Shown here in pieces: positions 44,106 to 52,090 of a stretch of DNA of 64,000 nucleotides. Origin of the DNA: an uncultured Lachnospiraceae bacterium (lineage in GTDB: Bacteria; Bacillota; Clostridia; Lachnospirales; Lachnospiraceae); contig CAKRJY010000009.1 in NCBI GenBank assembly GCA_934352055.1, positions 34,207 through 98,206 of the forward strand, given 5' to 3'. Both the position numbers and the translations under genes were made by a program. The notes beneath the pieces are model-generated. The model did not search any database. It saw only the letters and a list, made by a program, of their open reading frames with translations, and was not told the origin of the DNA. Each line of letters starts with the position of its first letter. The stretch's first letter is position 1.

Positions 44106-46970
44106 TTATAGGGTAAATTTATCGATAAAGACTGCTTTTTCCTGTTTTATATTGTTAAAAGTCTGTTGTATTTTCTGCCGACAGATAGGCTCTTCATACC
44201 AAAGAGACTGTTCCATCAAACCACCTTCCTGCTCCGTTTTTTTGTGATAATTTTCCTCGTCAATGCGCCGGATCACAATTGCGTTGGTATCACAATACTT
44301 TCCCTGGTAGATGCCGCCTTCTGTAATGCCAATCTTAATCAAACGCTCTGTGCGATTTCCAACACCATCTTGTGCAATGTAACGCGCCGTAATATACCCC
44401 ATATCACCCAATTGCAGAAGTACCTCTTTTGCAGGAAGTTCCACCTTCTTTATAAGCGATTCCCCATCTTCTGCATCTGTCATTTTTGCTGTTCGAAGCA
44501 ATTCTTCCTCCATCACACAACCATTTTCTACTTCTTCCTTGGAAAAATAGCGATTATGTGCTTCTATCTGCGGCGGCGCATCCCAGACACTGTAAAAGAC
44601 TACATCTGCGAACTTTCCATTACTGCCGACTTCTTCTTTTCCTTCCCGAAGTAAAGTCATTTCCCACTGCGTAAGGTCAAAAGCTGCGCCGCAGCCTCGT
44701 ACATCTGCATCCCGATAAATTGCATCCGGGCGCATTGCCCAACCCGTATGCGTATATATCTTTTTCTGCTGTTCTTCTTTTTCAAAATTAGCATCGTAGA
44801 CCGTATTTACTTCCTGCCGTTCAAACGTATTTTGCGGCAAAATAACACTTCCCACGCAATCACGCAGCACATAATCCTCGCCTGCACTTTGTGCGTTACC
44901 ACAGATTTGCACATCGCCAACCACCTCATATTGTGCATAGAAACGGTAGTCCCGCACACTTTCTGCGCCTGTAAATGTCCGTTCTGTTCCCACATTCCAC
45001 TCACTTGGATGCGCAAGTGCTTCTCTACTCCATCCCACTTGTCGCAGGGCATAAAAATCCTTGCCGTCATAATAGACTTTTACCGCCGGTGCATACAGTG
45101 CCTGCGTTTCTTTCCAGAATAGCTGCTGTACCTCCGGCAAAGAAAAGGTCACGTGCGCATTGACGATATTCCCATCAAATGTCACATTATAATATTCCGA
45201 TGCTACAATCTGACCAACCGGTGCATTTTCTCCCGTTCCTGCACGCAGAACTGCCGCACGATATCCCTGCCCTTGATTCGTTACCGTCGTTGTATACGCA
45301 TTGGTTAGTCGAAATCTGCTTTTCATCTGATCTGCAGCGTCGCGCGTCGGATGATAAGCACACCATACCACCAATCGCCCCGGCTGCGGTTTTTCTTCTT
45401 CTAACGTAATGGGAATTGCCGTATAATTTCCAGTCAATTCTCCTACCAGTGTCAACTGACGGTCTTTTGCCAGCCAGATTCCACTTCCTGAAATATTAAC
45501 ATCTCCGCTGCATTGATACTCGCCTTTTTGTTCCACATCATACTTTGTGTTTTTCCGGATAACGCCTCCTTTTTGTATTATGCACGCGCCGTCCCCATTT
45601 TCAATGCCTACTTCATTATCCAAAACCTCATTCTCTGACATTGTAATGGTACCGCTATTTATAATCCCGGTTTTGTTGTTTCGAATGTGTGATGTGCGCA
45701 CTTCTCCCACTGGTCGATTAAAAAATCCATTACTGATTCCTGTCGTATTTTCATAAATATCACAATCCTCGAGCAGATAAGCCTTTGCTGCCTGCCCTGT
45801 TGTCACAAATACACCTGCTAAACTCTTCATTAACTTTGTATTTTTTATCTCAATACAATTATTTGCATTTGCCCACAGACCACAGTTTGCTCCCTGACTC
45901 ACACAATCCGCAGCGCTTCCACTTGCACTTCCCATATAGGATATGCCTGCGCCTCCGTACATAAATTTATTTTGATCGTATCGATTGGCATTCGCATCAC
46001 AATGATTCAGATACATAGCCGCATCTATTGTCATAAATCCCCAGGAAGAGTCATACGCCTTGCAATTATCGCAGGAAATCGTAGCTCCGCATCCATCCGT
46101 GTTGCGTACAAAAAAAGCTGCGCCATCGCAATTAAAAGCCACACAATTTCGAAAAACGCCCTTGGCAGAACGTCCCGAGCCATCTTCAGAAACTATATTA
46201 AATCCAGTTCCACCACCTAAATGATCTACACCACTATATCCCACATTCCAGTTATTGCATACGGTCGTATCCGTTCCATACCATGTGGAGTTGATACAAT
46301 CCACCACAGAAGAGCCACCCTCCTGCGCTGTACCATTGTTTCTATGACAGTTTCCATTCAATGTAAGGTTTCCTTCGGTAATTAACGTCGAACCATTTTG
46401 TACCACAATCATAGGTCCGGGATTTTCCATGTCATTGATGAGCTGATGTCCGTTCCCACGGATTGTATAGCTTCCCCCATCTGTAATCATCCAATTCGAT
46501 TTCATCGCAACATCACTTACAAGGATCAACTTTCTTGCGTGATATTGAAACACACCGATAATCATATCCCATTGGGAAGCACATCTCCAGTAGTCTCCAT
46601 CCCAGCCACCACCAGATCGTGCCGCTTGTCTGCTGAGTAAAGCATTCTCTTCTACTTCCAACATACATGCTTCTATCTCTGATTCGCTGTCTTCTTCCTT
46701 TTCTGTCTCATCTTCTCCCAAAGTCACCTTCTCCGACTCATTTTTCTCGGTTTCTGTGTTTTCATTGTTTCCCTTCTCTTTTTCTTGCTTCTTTTCTTCT
46801 ATCTTTTTCTCTTCTTTTTCCTGCACCTCTTCTATGTCTGCATGCCCGCTTTCCTCTATATTATCTATATTCTCAACAGCATTGACCGTAACTGTCTGCC
46901 CTAAAATCATGATGATCATGAAAATTGCTGTTGTCATCTTCTTTATTTTATTTATGTAGTTTCTCTTCAT
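44106..46970 (-). CDS. secreted 954-aa Cys-rich protein with a predicted right-handed beta-helix and C-terminal Ig-like (DUF5011-type) domain; last gene of the filament operon
   Basis: Sec signal (...TVNA/VEN) and an E/K-rich acidic tract. Repetitive N/G/C-rich turns (NGNCHRNNG, NCVAFNCDGAAFFVRNTDGCGATISCDNCKAYD, CDANANRY, ANANNCIEIKNT). C-terminal DAPPQIEAHNRYF...TDAEDG...IAQDGVGN. No sorting signal. GGAGGG RBS. Confidence 0.6.
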   Translation of the reverse strand: MKRNYINKIKKMTTAIFMIIMILGQTVTVNAVENIDNIEESGHADIEEVQEKEEKKIEEKKQEKEKGNNENTETEKNESEKVTLGEDETEKEEDSESEIEACMLEVEENALLSRQAARSGGGWDGDYWRCASQWDMIIGVFQYHARKLILVSDVAMKSNWMITDGGSYTIRGNGHQLINDMENPGPMIVVQNGSTLITEGNLTLNGNCHRNNGTAQEGGSSVVDCINSTWYGTDTTVCNNWNVGYSGVDHLGGGTGFNIVSEDGSGRSAKGVFRNCVAFNCDGAAFFVRNTDGCGATISCDNCKAYDSSWGFMTIDAAMYLNHCDANANRYDQNKFMYGGAGISYMGSASGSAADCVSQGANCGLWANANNCIEIKNTKLMKSLAGVFVTTGQAAKAYLLEDCDIYENTTGISNGFFNRPVGEVRTSHIRNNKTGIINSGTITMSENEVLDNEVGIENGDGACIIQKGGVIRKNTKYDVEQKGEYQCSGDVNISGSGIWLAKDRQLTLVGELTGNYTAIPITLEEEKPQPGRLVVWCAYHPTRDAADQMKSRFRLTNAYTTTVTNQGQGYRAAVLRAGTGENAPVGQIVASEYYNVTFDGNIVNAHVTFSLPEVQQLFWKETQALYAPAVKVYYDGKDFYALRQVGWSREALAHPSEWNVGTERTFTGAESVRDYRFYAQYEVVGDVQICGNAQSAGEDYVLRDCVGSVILPQNTFERQEVNTVYDANFEKEEQQKKIYTHTGWAMRPDAIYRDADVRGCGAAFDLTQWEMTLLREGKEEVGSNGKFADVVFYSVWDAPPQIEAHNRYFSKEEVENGCVMEEELLRTAKMTDAEDGESLIKKVELPAKEVLLQLGDMGYITARYIAQDGVGNRTERLIKIGITEGGIYQGKYCDTNAIVIRRIDEENYHKKTEQEGGLMEQSLWYEEPICRQKIQQTFNNIKQEKAVFIDKFTL

Positions 46971-46985
46971 ATGCCCTCCCCTCGT

Positions 46986-47579
46986 TTACTTAAAAAAAGC
47001 ATAGTAATCTTGTGTCGTCACAACATTTTTGGGAAAAGCTGCCTCTTTCCATTCCGCTTCTGTCATCGACCATCCCACAAACGTCTGACCTTGTTTCACC
47101 GGTGTATCCGGAAGCAAAAAGGAGCTTCCCTCTGCCACCTCATATGCCTGCCATAGCTTTCCATCCACAAAAAAGGATACGGTACAATTCTCTTTTTCCT
47201 TTTTTTGATCAATCACTGCCGTCTGTGTCACACTGCAGGTTCCCTTTTTCCCATTCGGATGTAAAAAGGTCTCCGTCACACGCACGGACAACAGACCTTT
47301 TTCCATATCCATTCCGTAAATCTCCACCTGAATACCTCCAGATGTTTTCATTCCCTTTAGCTGTTTCTTCAAACGTGCACAAAATTGTTTTTGCCATTTG
47401 GCTTCATCCACGTTTTCCTGTCCCTTTTCCCATGTTTCTTTCATCGTTGCATCTACTGCCAATGTCACTGCTTCTCTAAGCGTATGCTCCCTGTCAACAC
47501 GCCCTTCCACCGTCAAAACCATCACAACAGACAATACCAGCAGCGCACAACTTACGATTCCATAGATAATGTATTTCAT
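46986..47579 (-). CDS. pilin-like protein (197 aa) with an N-terminal hydrophobic helix and a C-terminal Listeria-Bacteroides (Flg_new) repeat
   Basis: MKYIIYG-IVSCALLVLSVVMVLTV. C-terminal VSFFVDGKLWQAYEVAEGSSFLLPDTPVKQGQTFVGWS...DYYAFF. Confidence 0.55.
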   Translation of the reverse strand: MKYIIYGIVSCALLVLSVVMVLTVEGRVDREHTLREAVTLAVDATMKETWEKGQENVDEAKWQKQFCARLKKQLKGMKTSGGIQVEIYGMDMEKGLLSVRVTETFLHPNGKKGTCSVTQTAVIDQKKEKENCTVSFFVDGKLWQAYEVAEGSSFLLPDTPVKQGQTFVGWSMTEAEWKEAAFPKNVVTTQDYYAFFK

Positions 47580-47596
47580 AGCTCATTTTCCTCCCC

Positions 47597-48076
47597 TCAG
47601 TCTTCGACGCGTATGTATAAATAGCCGTATTCTGTCGCCCCAGACGCATCCCACAGTTCTACCTTAGCGCGATACACACCGCTATGTGAAAACACATACA
47701 TTTCCTGTTGTTCTTCTGTTATAATCTTATCCACACTGGTGCCGTCTTTCCTATCCTCCATGTCAAGAATCCTGACAAACGCTTCTTGTCCGTCTGCGTC
47801 CGTCACCACAAGCATATCTTTTATGCTGTATGCTTTGTTCGTATGCAGCGTATGACTGCACACCGTTGGAACGGCACGCCGCTTAATTGCATGTAATACA
47901 TCTGTAGACTGCAACACAGGTTCTGTTACATCCATCTGCTGTTTTATGTGTCTGCTTAATACTTCCCGCATTTCTCGTGCATCTGCATGTTGCATGTAGT
48001 AAAATGCTGCAAGCAGCATGCCACAAATCATAACTGCCAGACATGTTTTCCCATAGTTTCTGATAACCTCCGTCAT
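47597..48076 (-). CDS. pilin-like protein (159 aa)
   Basis: MTEVIRNYG-KTCLAVMICGMLLAAFYY shares the N-terminal signature of the small ORFs. It is followed by a soluble domain. Confidence 0.55.
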   Translation of the reverse strand: MTEVIRNYGKTCLAVMICGMLLAAFYYMQHADAREMREVLSRHIKQQMDVTEPVLQSTDVLHAIKRRAVPTVCSHTLHTNKAYSIKDMLVVTDADGQEAFVRILDMEDRKDGTSVDKIITEEQQEMYVFSHSGVYRAKVELWDASGATEYGYLYIRVED

Positions 48077-48085
48077 GTATCCCCC

Positions 48086-48226
48086 TTATCCCATCATCTG
48101 TAATAGTGCCAACATTAAACTTTCTCCCATCAGCCCCCGCAAATCCCCCCAGAACAAACCCACCAAAAGAACGGCTGTTACAACTGCAAATAACATTTCT
48201 CCATATTCTTCCAACACATCTTTCAT
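48086..48226 (-). CDS. small Flp-like pilin candidate P3 (46 aa), not in the ORF track
   Basis: MKDVLEEYGEMLFAVVTAVLLVGLFWGDLRGLMGESLMLALLQMMG. AAGGGGG RBS. 9-nt gap to the next gene. Confidence 0.55.
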   Translation of the reverse strand: MKDVLEEYGEMLFAVVTAVLLVGLFWGDLRGLMGESLMLALLQMMG

Positions 48227-48247
48227 GTCTTTTCTGCCCCCTTTTTC

Positions 48248-48352
48248 TTATATACTAAGCATCCCAATAGTTCTCAAAAAGATGCCACAGATTCCGCCGC
48301 CAACCACGGCATAAAATAATGCCATTCCATAATCCTGCATAATTTCCTTCAT
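48248..48352 (-). CDS. small Flp-like pilin candidate P2 (34 aa)
   Basis: MKEIMQDYGMALFYAVVGGGICGIFLRTIGMLSI. These are the last 34 codons of track ORF 48248..48520. An AAAGGAA RBS follows directly after the stop of the 111-aa gene. Confidence 0.5.
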   Translation of the reverse strand: MKEIMQDYGMALFYAVVGGGICGIFLRTIGMLSI

Positions 48353-48365
48353 AACATTTCCTTTC

Positions 48366-48701
48366 TCACCATAATTCTGCATGGAGCACTCTCGTATTTT
48401 CCAAATCAAAAAATGGCATTCCATATACATACGTGAGCGCAACATTTCCGTATGCAGCCCTCTCTTTTCCTGCAGGTGTACTCCATTCCACCTGCAAATC
48501 ATAATTTTGTGTTTTTGCATCCGCCTGACACGCCTCTACCACATTCTTGGCATAATGCGATGCTTCCATGCGTTCCACACAGGAAGATAAAAAAGAATCT
48601 GCATTACGCGATGCAACCGATGCCGACGTAATTCCAATCCCGGTTACCGTCAAAAGCAGCAAACAAAATATTCCAATAAAAGACTTTACAATAACTTCCA
48701 T
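48366..48701 (-). CDS. pilin-like / TadE-like protein (111 aa)
   Basis: MEVIVKSFIG-IFCLLLLTVTGIGI, then a soluble domain. GGGAGG RBS. Confidence 0.5.
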   Translation of the reverse strand: MEVIVKSFIGIFCLLLLTVTGIGITSASVASRNADSFLSSCVERMEASHYAKNVVEACQADAKTQNYDLQVEWSTPAGKERAAYGNVALTYVYGMPFFDLENTRVLHAELW

Positions 48702-48713
48702 AATCCTCCCTTT

Positions 48714-50051
48714 CTATACACCAAGCGCACTTGTTGCCATCATGGCATAAAAGAGCATTCCCATATCCACAAGCATCTTCGCGCCACCCGTCAGCTGCGG
48801 TGCTAAAAACAGCGCATAGAGTCCTCCGAGCGCATCCTCATTTTTCATCTTTTGCGCCTGGTCTAACAGTAATTGATTTCGCCGTATAATGTCACTGATC
48901 TGATTATTCGCATTTCCTCCCGTTCCTTCTGATAATGCATAAAGCATTTTCATCGACGATTGCACCTCCGGCAAAGCATATTCCTGTAAAAATTCCAGAT
49001 ATGGCTCCATATCGGTAGGTCGCAGCTGCAGCTTTTGTATCAATTCACGCAAAGCCGGCTTCATCAATACCGGTGCCTCATCATAGGATTCCATAATCGC
49101 CACCTGTACATTTTCACTCTGTAACAGTAAAGACACTTCCAGTAACCACTGTGGAAACATCTTTTGCAGAGCACGCGATACATTTTTCTTTGCAATTCGC
49201 GTACCTAACTCTGCATGTTTTTTCTCTTCACTACGTTTTACTTTTTCATATTGGCGCAGCAGTTCTTTTTCATCGTATGTTTCATCCATACTTTCCATAG
49301 AAAGTTTGCGATCAGCTACATAAAAAATCCAAATATCTAATAGCAACGTTAAAAGCGTCACCACCTTTACAATCGTAAATCCAGTAATCGATAATGATAC
49401 GCGTTCTGCCACATAGACAAAGACGGAACACAGCAAAAGCGAAACCAGCACAGAAATCAAAATCTGTGTTCGTTTTCGTTTCTTTTCTTTTAACAGCTCA
49501 TACGAGCGGTCTGCCCACATTCGTCTGGCATCTAGCATCAAGCGGATTGCCTCTCCATATTCGCCACCTTTCTCCTCTACCTGCAGCGCAAAACGATGTA
49601 TCATTGCCACATGATGTATCGGATATTCCTGCTCAATCATTGCCAATGCCTTTTTCTCAACATGATCTTCATCATAGGTATCCTCAATATAGGCAATGGC
49701 TTCCTGAATGCGCGTATGCATCATACCGTCTGCAAACAATTTCTCTACATCTTTTAATGTCACAAGAATTTTTCCTGATTTCTGAAAAGAATATAAAAAT
49801 TGTTCCATGTAACTATTGATTTCCACAAACTGTCTCTGCCCATAGCGATTGCGGTACAAATTGCGCAGAAAAAACGGAAATAAACATGCGCACCACAGAC
49901 AAAGAATGAGCAGATACATGCGTTCTAATCGGAAAAACTTTCCGCACAATAAGGCAAATGCTACCGCCATCCCATACATCAAAATGCTTCTTTTTACCGA
50001 AAAGACATAGCCATATCTTTTCAATTCATCCCACAGCAACTTTGGTTTCAT
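48714..50051 (-). CDS. polytopic platform protein with two T2SSF-like halves (TadB-TadC-fusion / FlaJ-like)
   Basis: 445 aa. Two repeats of a cytoplasmic helical bundle plus TM pair. The second half reads FPQWLLEVSLLLQSENVQVAIMES, like the T2SSF LPxxLxxLxxxLxAG..L..A motif. The start overlaps the ATPase gene by 26 nt. Confidence 0.55.
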   Translation of the reverse strand: MKPKLLWDELKRYGYVFSVKRSILMYGMAVAFALLCGKFFRLERMYLLILCLWCACLFPFFLRNLYRNRYGQRQFVEINSYMEQFLYSFQKSGKILVTLKDVEKLFADGMMHTRIQEAIAYIEDTYDEDHVEKKALAMIEQEYPIHHVAMIHRFALQVEEKGGEYGEAIRLMLDARRMWADRSYELLKEKKRKRTQILISVLVSLLLCSVFVYVAERVSLSITGFTIVKVVTLLTLLLDIWIFYVADRKLSMESMDETYDEKELLRQYEKVKRSEEKKHAELGTRIAKKNVSRALQKMFPQWLLEVSLLLQSENVQVAIMESYDEAPVLMKPALRELIQKLQLRPTDMEPYLEFLQEYALPEVQSSMKMLYALSEGTGGNANNQISDIIRRNQLLLDQAQKMKNEDALGGLYALFLAPQLTGGAKMLVDMGMLFYAMMATSALGV

Positions 50052-51063
50052 AATACGTTCCCCTCCTTTGCTCCAAATTATCTCCGATCAGTTCTCCGTC
50101 CTCGACAATACTCTCTACACGGTTAATGCCATCTTCTCGCGTAAAGAAACACACCTGATCAATAAAACGACGTATGTGCTGTCGTCCCGCAGTATCCGTT
50201 TCACTCCGCCGCCTCACCATAATCCCCACATCAATAAAGGAATAAATATCATTTTCCATGCGTCCGGCATCTCGTTCCGAGCCTGCCATATTAAGCATCC
50301 GATCTGGAATTTTTCTCACATCCGAAGTATGCAGTGTCGTGATACCATGTACGCCTGTACTTAGACATTCCATCAGATAAACTACTTCTTTCGAACGTGT
50401 CTCCGACAGCATAATCCACTTTGGATTCAAACGCAGACACGTCTTAATTGCCTGTGTGTAATCCATCTGCCGATTCACACGCAATTCTAAGCAATCATGC
50501 GACGGATGTAAGCTTTTAAAATGCCATTCCATCGTATCTTCAATCGTAATCACACGTTCGTCCCTAGGAATAAATCCGGACAAGAACTTGCATAATTCGG
50601 TTTTGCCCGCTCCCGGTTCTCCCACTACAACGATATTTTTGTGTTCTTCTACGCAATGCAATAACAGGTCTAACACTTCTTTACTGCAATAGGCATCTGC
50701 AATCATCTGTCTTTCATCCAGTCGCACATATGGAAGCGATTTACGGATACAAATGCTGCGCCCACTCATACAGACAGACTCATGTACAATCGTAATACGC
50801 AGACTTGCTGTCTCCGCTTCTAATATGGGATTCTGGCGGTTAAATGCTTTACTGACACCATTTGCTACACGTCCTGTAAACTGATCAATAAAACTTTCCG
50901 TCAACTGTAAATCCGGACATACATGGCGACAATTGTTACTATCTGTAAGCCACACCTCCCGCCCGTTATAATCCACATCTGTAATATCATCATCAATGAT
51001 GTACGGATATAATGGCCCGAAAAAATCACCTGTTTTATCTAAAAAAAGCATCTGTTCTGCCAT
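50026..51063 (-). CDS. TadA/CpaF/VirB11-type secretion ATPase (T2SSE superfamily), short form
   Basis: 345 aa. Walker A VVGEPGAGKT. Also ERVITIEDTMEW, LRLNPKWIMLSETRSKE (Walker B/Asp box region) and STGVHGITTLHTSD (His box). Confidence 0.75.
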   Translation of the reverse strand: MAEQMLFLDKTGDFFGPLYPYIIDDDITDVDYNGREVWLTDSNNCRHVCPDLQLTESFIDQFTGRVANGVSKAFNRQNPILEAETASLRITIVHESVCMSGRSICIRKSLPYVRLDERQMIADAYCSKEVLDLLLHCVEEHKNIVVVGEPGAGKTELCKFLSGFIPRDERVITIEDTMEWHFKSLHPSHDCLELRVNRQMDYTQAIKTCLRLNPKWIMLSETRSKEVVYLMECLSTGVHGITTLHTSDVRKIPDRMLNMAGSERDAGRMENDIYSFIDVGIMVRRRSETDTAGRQHIRRFIDQVCFFTREDGINRVESIVEDGELIGDNLEQRRGTYYETKVAVG

Positions 51064-51072
51064 ATTTCCCCC

Positions 51073-51237
51073 TTATAGTGCATTTTTTGTAAAGAAATAC
51101 GTTAGTAACTGTGCAAATGCCTTTCCCACAACACTGTTTTGATCACTACCAATCAGTGTCGAAACCAAAATCAACATCGCTCCAATCACAACGACGGTAA
51201 TCATTGCCGGTCCATATTCTTTTATAATATCTTGCAT
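51073..51237 (-). CDS. small Flp-like pilin candidate P1 (54 aa), first gene of the operon; not in the ORF track
   Basis: MQDIIKEYGPAMITVVVIGAMLILVSTLIGSDQNSVVGKAFAQLLTYFFTKNAL. Its stop lies 9 nt before the ATPase ATG, inside that gene's GGGGGA RBS. Confidence 0.55.
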   Translation of the reverse strand: MQDIIKEYGPAMITVVVIGAMLILVSTLIGSDQNSVVGKAFAQLLTYFFTKNAL

Positions 51238-51345
51238 AATTTGTTATCCTTTCTTTTCCTGCAAAAGGACATAAAGCAAATATCTGCGGAATAAGTAGGC
51301 GAATCGCCTTTGAAAAAAGATGCCATCCAAAAGATGGTGAGATTG

Positions 51346-51374
51346 ATACTAACAGCACTGCTAACATTTTGCAA
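51346..51374 (-). promoter_or_regulatory. possible promoter of the filament operon
   Basis: Minus strand: TTGCAA, 17 nt spacer, TAGTAT. About 110 nt upstream of P1. Confidence 0.3.
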
Positions 51375-51425
51375 GTACTTTTTGAATTGTTTTAAAAGTT
51401 CGAAAACTATGAATTTTTATTTCCC

Positions 51426-51454
51426 TTTACAGAGCTTAGCATATCGCCTATAAT
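51426..51454 (+). promoter_or_regulatory. sigma-A promoter of ppiB
   Basis: TTTACA, 17 nt spacer, TATAAT. About 40 nt upstream of the ATG. Confidence 0.55.
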
Positions 51455-51495
51455 ACGTTTCACAGAGATTTTTTAGAAAGACGAGGTATTTTCAT

Positions 51496-52017
51496 ATGGC
51501 ACAGAATCCAATTGTAACCATAGAAATGGAAAACGGCGACATCATGAAGGCAGAATTATATCCTGAAATTGCGCCAAACACAGTAAACAACTTTATTTCA
51601 TTGATTCAGAAGGGCTACTACGATGGCATCATCTTCCATCGTGTTATCCGCGGTTTTATGTTACAGGGCGGTGATCCAACCGGTACAGGCACAGGCGGTC
51701 CTGGTTACTCTATCGCAGGTGAATTTTCACACAATGGTTTCCAGAATGATTTAAAGCACACACCGGGTGTTCTTTCCATGGCACGTACCATGATTCCTGA
51801 CTCTGCGGGAAGCCAGTTCTTTATTATGCACCAGACAAGCCCACATCTTGACGGCGAATATGCAGCTTTCGGTCAGGTAATCGAAGGCATGGATGTGGTA
51901 AACAAGATTGCCGAGACACCAACCGATTATTCGGATCGTCCGGTTGCAGAACAGAAAATGAAAAAAGTTACCGTTGATACTTTCGGTGTAGATTATCCAG
52001 AACCAGAAAAGTGTTAA
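51496..52017 (+). CDS. ppiB: peptidyl-prolyl cis-trans isomerase, cyclophilin type
   Basis: 173 aa. FHRVIRGFMLQGGDP..GTGTGGPGY...GVLSMAR....SAGSQFFI. Confidence 0.9.
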   Translation: MAQNPIVTIEMENGDIMKAELYPEIAPNTVNNFISLIQKGYYDGIIFHRVIRGFMLQGGDPTGTGTGGPGYSIAGEFSHNGFQNDLKHTPGVLSMARTMIPDSAGSQFFIMHQTSPHLDGEYAAFGQVIEGMDVVNKIAETPTDYSDRPVAEQKMKKVTVDTFGVDYPEPEKC

Positions 52018-52023
52018 CATGTA

Positions 52024-52090
52024 AAAAGAGAGCGTATCGCTGCATAGAACTGAGGCAAACCCTCAAGTCTTCAACGATACCCTCTCTTTT
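52024..52090. terminator. bidirectional terminator
   Basis: agagagcgtatcg...cgataccctctct long stem with T-runs on both strands, between convergent genes. Confidence 0.5.

Noticed and set aside
48353-48520. The first 56 codons of track ORF 48248..48520, and the whole of track ORF 51146..51367.
   Set aside because: These overlap the 111-aa gene and the P1 ORF out of frame. They lack an RBS and have no membrane or pilin-like character. The shorter ORFs with an RBS and the shared N-terminal motif explain the region better.
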